From assembly GCA_051362555.1 (NCBI GenBank), contig CM120647.1, forward strand, positions 11,322,651-11,386,650: a stretch of DNA of 64,000 nt, read 5' to 3'. The notes under the pieces were generated by a model. It had not been told where the DNA came from. It searched no databases and saw only the letters and a program-made list of their open reading frames with translations. The position numbers were made by a program, and so were the translations under genes. Below are positions 55,368-64,000 of the stretch, piece by piece (within the stretch, counting starts at the first letter, position 1; every line of letters starts with the position of its first letter). Origin of the DNA: Lingula anatina (lineage: Eukaryota; Animalia; Brachiopoda).

Positions 55368-55786
55368 GGTCCCCTTTACACTGGACGGCGTCCTTTCTGC
55401 GCCCTTTGTGCGACCATGAAACTGGCAACGCTGTGGTCGCAGAAAGGAGGCACAAGCATCGCTTTGGTTGCAAAATGAATGATCAGCTGTAGGCACGTAA
55501 AGTATTATTTTATTTTAATAATAATAATAATAATTATTATTATAATAATACATTTCCTAAAACCGCGCTACACTTGCGTCTCAGCGCTGTTTACACTTAC
55601 ATAAAAAACTAAAACTACAAAGATCAATTAAAAACTTACATAAAAGTATTTAAAATTTAGAGATAAACAAATATTCCTTAAATTCAAAGGTTTTCAAATT
55701 ATTTTAAAAACAGTAATGAGTCGTTCAAAGATTCTTTTACTCTCAAACGGGACGCAGAAAAGACGCCGTCCAGTGTAAAGGGGGCT
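55368..55786. mobile_element. PIF/Harbinger-like MITE with ~37-bp TIRs, containing a nested reverse-oriented retroposon 3' tail
   Basis: Left ggtcccctttacactggacggcgtcctttctgcgccc; right gggacgcagaaaagacgccgtccagtgtaaagggggct. Internal (AAT)n followed by acatttcctaaaaccgcgct...cagcgctgtttaca (55518-55594) resembles an L2/CR1-type tail. Confidence 0.8.
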
Positions 55787-58700
55787 TTAGGCTAGATAAC
55801 ATATCTCACTCTCGAACCACAGGCTATTAGCGACATTTTCCCAGATGTGACGATATATCACTCACAACGTTATCCCCCATTGTCACCTGTGAAGTCTCAA
55901 TAGTCGATAAACAACATGCAATAATCTCTCAAGGACTTTGGACACTGGCACATAGATCAATCCCTCGCCTACTTGTTTTCTCTGCACCTACTAGGCTTCA
56001 TTAGCACGCTCTTCTTCAAATGACTGTCTCAAATGAAGGGCATTACGTAGCAAGTCAATGAGTTAAAAGAAAGCCCATCTACTGAACTATTTACATCTTC
56101 AAACATTAAGGCATTGTCAAACTTTCCTTCATTTTCACGCGCCTCCTCATTTATTTAACGATTGTGGGGTGTTAATTTTCATAGAAAAACATATAAAATG
56201 GACGTAAAGTGTACATGGATGGAGCATTACTAAGTAGACGAGATACAGACTGGAGTTATCTCTCACGTAAAATAGATATATGATGGGGGGAATATTTGAT
56301 AATACAGTTTGGAAAAAAAGAAAAAAAAGGGCGATGAAAAATAAAGAAAACCTCACATAGTTATCGTTTATGCCGGGGTATATCACCTGGCGGAAAAATG
56401 TTACTTATCTCAAAGTTCGATGACTTCAACGGTTTTGAAGATATTGCAATAAAATTTGGTATATCTTAGGAAACTTATGTTTTAATAAATGTTGAAAATT
56501 TCACGACTCTACCTTTCTTAGTTTTGGCATTGTGAAAAAAAATGTTAAGTCAAAAAAAAAAAAAAAAAAAAATGCCATGCCGGCCTATATGTCATCTGAC
56601 AGGTGCCAGTGTCTGGCAGTTTCGGCATCTTGGCTTAAGATGTTTGGTATGTCAAAACTAAAAAAAGAAGATTCTTTAAATTGTGCCAGTTATTGAAAAC
56701 ATTATTTTCTCAAAATACCCCAAATTTAATGAGAACATCATCAGAACTGTTGAAGTAATTGGACATTGAAATAGGTAAAGTTTTTAACACAACCGGTATA
56801 TTAAAAGCCATTTCCAACAGGGTTTTTGCACCTTTCTGCAAAGTATGTATGGTGAAATAAAACATTTAATAACACCGACAGAAAAATCTCTGAATTAATG
56901 ATGTGTTGATTTCTTGTTCATTGAATCGCTGTTTCTCAGCACAAGATTCAAGGCGTTAATACGAGGTATCCGTTTGCCGATAAGGGGACCATTTACAGAA
57001 TAACTTCAACTGTCAGAGACTTTGTAATAAAACGCATGAATACTGAACTTTTATTGAATCATTTTTCCTTTCCTATATTTCATTTCACAGCTGCAATTGA
57101 TCGATGTATATTTAATAGTAATATATATATATATATATTGAAAATTAAAATAAAGAACGAAATTGTTTTGCTTCATGAATTAAATTTATTCATTAAACAG
57201 ACAGTGTTTGCAGTTTTGCTAAAACGATCTGGAACTACGGAGCTATAGCTCTTAACATCTTAATATGCCGGGAAATTCTCAGACTCTGGCTAGTAACTCA
57301 GTTACAATTCCTGACATTACAAATAGAGATAGTTTAGACTTGCGACCTGCGTTCCATTATCTAACTGAGATCCAGGTCCACTGCATCGTCATGACGTCAA
57401 AGCATGATGTCACTTTCATCTTAACTTATTTTCTCACAGCTGCAGGGAAACGAACAAGGAGTATAAATGCGTTCCCTTGCAATTATGACCAATCCGCTTG
57501 TAAGTAATATTTGCACCACGGCTACCTTTTGCACCACGCGACACCCGATTTTAATAAGTTAATCTATATTTACACATTTACACTACCTAAAATAACGTTG
57601 TGTATACAACAACAATTACAAAAATAAATGTACATATGACTACACTCAGGTGGAAATAACACAGCTTAAGATATACTGTGCTGCTTTCAACTGTATTAGC
57701 TATGTTAAGTGCAGTTACGAGAACTGAAAAATAAGCATGTGATAAAGTATCTGATATCTCTCTGTACACCAGCTCTAATTATGTCCTTTGAGTTGTATTA
57801 ACCGTGTTGGCTAACGATTAACTTAATGAACATTTCTGGCTTTGCATTTGAAGGAGTCTATTGATGACCTTTTGTAACACAAGTAAAGAAATCTAAGTAA
57901 CGTTATTATACAGTAAAGAGTTCTGCAATCATTGAAATGTAACATGGAATGGTTTACATTCAAAAGTAAAGTTCCATAATGCCTTTTCAGTCTTTTCAGA
58001 ATTTGCTTGATTGTAGCGGTATTGCAAATCGCTAAACTTGAAGCTCTTTTCTTTTTGGTTTCTCTTCAAAATCTACAAGTGTTGTTATTATGCCTGCTCC
58101 CCATGAAAGAGAATATGGTTCTTGTCAAAATGAGGGCTTTGCAGAGTACGATTTCTTCAATTAACACTCGACTCCATTTCACAAGAGCCACATATAGTAT
58201 AGAATATCGGCTAATATACAAGTTGCTTATTAGGCGAATGGCCAAGGAAATACTAATCTCATATTATCACTGATTTTCAGATTAACCCAATTTCAAGGAG
58301 TCACAGGCCAGTTTCTGCATATTTTATCAGAACTAATTTGATTCTTCATTTTGAAAGCATATAACGTCTTCGAGATACCGACTGACAATACATTGTACCA
58401 CGTACCGAGCAAACATTACATTTGTTTTGCTATCGGTTTACAGATACGTCACTATACAAATGTGATACGTTATTTACTAACTGATAAGAAGCGTTCGTTG
58501 GAGACAGAGATCTGATTGGCTGTACAAATGATTGAAACAACATCAACACACAAATCAATATCGCCTGATTTCTTTCCTTTCCTTTTTCCTTTTCCTTTTT
58601 TTTTTTTTTTTTTGAAGAACCATCGCATCTTTACTGCATTGCGTTCTAACATATCGATATTCACGCCAAATGTTTCTAGAAACAATAAACGTAAAACCGA

Positions 58701-59946
58701 TTCAAAACTATATATAGTTATAGTTATGAATCGGTAATACAGCATATAGTAAAACGGCGAGATGAATTCACACAATTGCAGAGAGGAACCCCGAAATATT
58801 TACCAAAATCATCCAAAATAGTTCACAGCCGAAAATATAAAATGGCTAAAATAATTAATAAATCAAAAGTGAAGTAAATTAGCATTTTTGGCATATTGCC
58901 ATTATCAAGAGTAAAAATCTTAAATAATCTCACAAAATGTCGAATATATCTCATCCCCATCTGTTGCTTGTCTTCAAAAAGCAGGAAACGACAATATATC
59001 CGCAACTGAATATCTAATTAAGTCCATCAGTCCAAAATAAGTAAATAACAAAACAACTACTGTGTCTTCAACAGCATTATAGTATGTTTCTTTTGCCCAA
59101 ATTTCCCAAGTCTCGTCCATTGGCCAAAAAGAAACCACTATTAACAACGAAAGCAAATGAGGCGACAAGTTGTTGAAGTCACTGCTAGAATATACGGTAA
59201 TGTAAGTAATTTTACATCCAGATGTTGTATGTTTTATCTTCTGTACAGTCGACCTTGTGATGTGGTGTTCCCTCATATGGAATGCATTTTGACTTCTAGA
59301 ACCTTTTTTGTCAGATTCCAAAGGTAAAGTTAAATGGAAAGTAGTAAAACGGCCATGTCCTTTCATTGATCAGTTTGGATGTGGATTCTGGAAAAAACAA
59401 ATTCAAAGTAAAGAAACTATGTAGAATATGTATTTTACTAAAGGTGGCCGTTTAATTCACATCAACAATATCATTAGATTCAGTTTCGCATTATATATGA
59501 TAAAAGAAGAAATTCAATAGTAGGCCTATACGAAAAACATATGAAATAGGTAATTGTAAATATTGTAAAGAATCATAGATATAATATAATCATATTACAT
59601 TATAGAATTATAGAATCATAGATTTTAGTTTTCCACTTATTTAATCACATAAAAGAATAGTCGGGGTACAGATAAAATCTGTTTCTCAGATTGTTTCTCA
59701 AATCTGTTGCTATTGGAATGATCATCAATGCCTTATTAATATCTATTCTCCCACAACTGGCATATTTACTGATGAATCTTTATTTAACCAAAGTGCAAAA
59801 AGAAGCATTTATTATCACATGGATCTGTCAATAACACGTTCATACTTTTATCATTAGCCGCTCGTTATTCATTAAAGTCAAACTTTGCCCAGTAGACTTT
59901 ACCAGAGCAAGCATTTCTAAATTTCAAATTAAAGTGCTAGCTATAT

Positions 59947-59986
<40 letters not shown>

Positions 59987-60079
59987 TATATTAAATACTT
60001 GTACCATTTATAAGAGCATGAACTGGTATTACCCAAACAACAAAGTAAATTTCACATTTTAAAAACTCACCTGATAGAA

Positions 60080-61464
60080 TCACCCTAAGTTGTGTAATCT
60101 TTCTTCCGCTGTGAGGCGCTGTCTGGCGCGGTGTGCACTGAGCATGTCTGAAATGGCATGTAATGCTCCGTTCACCGATAGCTGTCGCCTCTGGGTCAAG
60201 ATAGGCTGCTGTGTACCTGCAAGTGACAGGCAGATATATTCATTATAAACCTTACTGACGATGTATAGCGGTGATGCCTTTAAAGCCTGGCATGGTCATT
60301 TATTGTGCAATGTTTTTTTTTTTAGCTCTTTAGTGTCTGTATATCTGCAAATTTTTTCTGCCTAGTTCTCGATTTAAGCTGAATTGTTAACCCTATACAA
60401 ACTATGGCTTACAAGGTTGCCATAAAAGTACTCGAACTTAATCATTTTGGTAAAAAAAAATCAGTTTCTATATATGTTTCTATTTATCAAGGAAAGAAGT
60501 GTGCTAAAGCTTAACAGAATATAAAGAAGAAGAAGAAGAACTGATTGCCCCTACCTGTTGCACTATCGGACGTCCCTGTCTCCAGACGTTTTGTGAGAAC
60601 GCGGATTCTCTCTTGTATCAATTGTTTCTGAGCCGGGCTGCTCTGTTTCAACATCGCTAGAAGTGCCTCAACCGGAGAAGAGCTGCGTTTCGCTAAACCC
60701 TGCGCCGAATGACTTCTTTGAGCTCCCCTTGTCCTGGGATTCCGTTGAGAATGATGGCTGTGTTTCATAGCCGCATGGGGTGTTTCAGAATTGCCGCTGC
60801 TACTTTGTTCATCTTCTTGCTTTTGTTCGTGATTGTCAGTTTCGCTGTGATCGCCTCCGTTTCGCAAATGCCCCCTTAAAGCTGCGGTGGATTTTTCTTT
60901 CATTTGTCGGACCTCAGTGGACAACGTGGGGGCGGAGTTCCAGTTCGAGAATATGCTATCGGGGCCCTGCATGGCGCTGCTATCTGTGTCTAAATCACCA
61001 TTGAAAATGTCCACGGGATCCAGCCCGCTGGCTTCGTCAATGTCTCCTCTTTTGCCGATTCTGTTCAATTTAGCTTTGATATTTTGCAACTGTCGCTGCT
61101 GCCACCTATGGGAAGCGGTCCTCAACATTCCAGCAATTGCGCCTAAATCTTGATTTACTGACATAGACCCCGGAAGTTGCCTTTTTCTTTGAACTGGTCT
61201 CCATGCAAACCTCGAGTTGCTCAGTTGAGGGGAGACAGAATGCAACCTATGGTCTCTCAGTCTGTTTCTCTGACTTTGCAACGTCTCCCAAACCCTCTGC
61301 ACTGCAGCTATGTCCTCCTGGTTATCATCAGTGAGTCTGTGTAAGCGCGAGTCCAACCTGTGGGATGATGGGAAGTGGGATGTCTCCGCTAGAGGGCGGC
61401 AAGAGGCGAGGTAAGAGTAGAAGGCGGCAATTATGAAGTACACGATGTAGCTCATCGTATGCAT
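60080..61464 (-). CDS. ELH: Egg-laying hormone (ELH / CRF / DH44 family) neuropeptide precursor, 2 coding exons, ~348 aa
   Basis: Exons 60555-61464 and 60080-60216 (phase 1; gtaggg / cttgcag). Signal peptide MSYIVYFIIAAFYSYLAS. Peptide 1: RKR-QLPGSMSVNQDLGAIAGMLRTASHRWQQRQLQNIKAKLNRI-GKR (cf. Aplysia ELH ISINQDLKAITDML...). Peptide 2: RR-QLSVNGALHAISDMLSAHRARQRLTAEERLHNL-G-stop. 5' UTR acceptor at 61488-61489; 3' UTR donor at 60069-60070. Confidence 0.88.
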
Positions 61465-62593
61465 TGTTGATCGTGTCTGTGGTTATTCTGGAAATTGAAA
61501 TGAAAACATACATTAAGTCAATATGTTTGTGCTTGGATTTTCCATTAAATAATTGCATCTGTGTTTATTTCACGCTAAACTTTAAAATATCCCATCCAGG
61601 ACTACCCAACCAAAATGGATTTCCCCCAAAAACATTTCCTCTATTCACAACTAATTGTGTTGCCCGTCCCTGCACTTGGATACAATGTTTTTACCGTCAG
61701 CTGGACACAATGTTTAAATAGTTTAATAATTAAATATTTAAATAGAATAAATTAGTTCAAATAACATCACGGCCTTTCATCGTTTTTTAAATTTGACTTG
61801 GGAAAGAAAAGCAGCTTTGCCGGATATACAGATGTAGAAAATATGATTTGTGGGGCTTTTTCAACAACCATTTAATAGCAATTAAATCAATAGTCATGAT
61901 AACGATAATTATAACAATACTAATAATAGTTAGTGACCGACAGATAAAAGGCATTCTACTAAATATCCCAATGCTTCACTTAAAGGTGAGCGGATGGGCT
62001 TTTGCAAAAGTATAGCAGTTTGAAACGACTCAAAAATAATCCAATTCTGTTATTGATATCCTTAATTAACAGCATATTGAATAAAGATGACGTTTACCAT
62101 ATACGTTTGATGATAAACTGATATACGCCTGAATGTTTGCACCAAATGATGTATGATGCCACACAATAATGACTATTATCTAACAGAAGAAAGCCAGTAA
62201 TGGATACCCCATCTATATCTAATGAAGCCATATAGTTCAACAACAGCACCACTACACGGGTAAACCCTATCCATCTTTACAAGAAGCCAAATGAATGAGA
62301 AAAAAGAGTCCTAGAAATAAAAGGTACTTTTTGCAACAATGAATCATGTCAACACATATATTGAACGCATATCCTCGGTTGGTAGTCGTCAGATATGTCT
62401 TATGACCGTATTTCGTGATCAAAGTTATTAAATTTATACACTGTTTGTATTACCAGTGTTCCTAAGCACACAGAGGAATACCCACACAGTAAAGTAAACG
62501 AAACTGAGCAGCAATACAAATCAGAAAAGAAGCCTCAGCTAAATATCTACAGAGACACTAACAAACTGAGTAGCTTTTCAAAGCAAAGACTTG

Positions 62594-62597
<4 letters not shown>

Positions 62598-62688
<91 letters not shown>
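62598..62688. repeat. (TA)n(GA)n compound microsatellite
   Basis: Direct reading. Confidence 0.95.
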
Positions 62689-62690
<2 letters not shown>

Positions 62691-63563
62691 CATATCAATC
62701 CACTATCTGTTTGTACTGAAATGCCCTTACAACGGACTTTGTAAAATGAGTGATTGTTGTTGGTGAAGTCTTACGTAGCGTCTGTTTGCTGTTTGATTAC
62801 TTTTCCCCGAAAAGCCTTCGTTTCTAAGATTTCTACTATGAAATTTTCACACCAGTATAAGATATATCCGCGCTCTAAATATGCTAACGCAGTATTCTCG
62901 TGTTACATGTGAATGGCTTTAGAACATTTGTTAACGACCCCACATGCAATTAAATCTAGAAAAAAATCTGAAACGCGGAAGGATTTTACAATGTACAGTA
63001 GGGCGTAATATCAAACCTGACAAAAGGTGTAAAAACTTGAATTTCAAGGGTACAACTCTAACTAATGTTTTATTTTAGCATTATTCTGTGTATTGAACGT
63101 GCCTCTAGCAGCACTTTTAGCTTCGTAAGCATTATATAGGCATGCAGCCTGTATCGAAATGCACGTTTGATGTCAACACTACTACTTCATAGTAAATAGC
63201 TTTTTCAATCCTTTTCACACAGAGATTTTCTTCTTTGAAAACAATATCTAACAAACCCAATTGTAAGCAATCTTGCCATTTAGCCTATCAGAGCATTTAG
63301 CGAGGATTAAGAATTATCACGTTCTCTTGACATTCTCGCCAATCTTATTGTGATTCTAAGTAGCGGCTGTTATGTGTTAATATTCACTAAAATATGTCAT
63401 GGCATGTTTTCTGGGTAACAGTTGTATAATGACGTGTGGTGACGTTAACAAAACGAAAAACAGGAAAGAAATAACAAAAAGTAAGAAACAGGGGCTCGTG
63501 CCCAGGGTCTCAAACTTAAATTTTTTTGGATCTCTCTCTCTCCCTCTCTCTCTCTCTTACACA

Positions 63564-63594
<31 letters not shown>

Positions 63595-64000
63595 CACATT
63601 TTCACCACTGTTAAATTGTAGCATTGCTATAGTTCCGTGGTTTCTATGTTTCAAGCGTTGTTCTGGTACTTATGGAGTGCTTAGTGTCATTCATTGTCAA
63701 CGGCTTCACACTATCTTCAATAAACACTTTCGGCCAACCACACCAAGGACTACAAAACACAGTAATCTATCTATTTTCCAATACATCAGATGAAGGCATT
63801 TACTTTAATATCTAATACAGTTTATGGCACCGTTAGCACATACTTTAACACGAACTTCGAGTGTCGCGACCTAAGCTAGCAAAGGGAAAATCACAACTCG
63901 CCTCTGATCAGAAACTACCAATAATGAAACACGAAATGTAATATCGCGCTTCAGTGGCGTTATTATAGCTTTATTAATAGCATAATTACAGTGCAGAGTT

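Overview
Animal genomic DNA with GT-AG introns and microsatellites, probably a mollusc or other lophotrochozoan (inferred from gene content). Four genes are visible. (1) UBR5/hyd/EDD HECT E3 ligase on the minus strand: 44 coding exons traced by eye from the ATG at 29215 to 422, with the 3' end (rest of MLLE and the HECT domain) beyond position 1. (2) A divergently transcribed, intronless-CDS, prokaryote-like Zn-dependent MDR dehydrogenase (30338-31357, +). (3) A 7-exon two-TM guanylyl cyclase with a NIT (nitrate/nitrite-sensing) domain and no kinase-homology domain (44565-50653, +). (4) An egg-laying hormone (ELH/CRF/DH44 family) precursor with two amidated ELH-like peptides (61464-60080, -). 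Repeats include a Rex1/Babar-type LINE 3' fragment, a tRNA-derived SINE, MITEs and a Penelope-like remnant. The most unusual signal: at least seven UBR5 splice junctions are tandemly duplicated into the adjacent intron (exon edge plus splice site). The extreme case is 64 copies of a 59-bp unit holding the 3' splice site and the first 30 nt of a UBR-box exon, where only the exon-proximal copy gives an intact protein. All assignments come from manual reading and recalled protein families; no searches were run.
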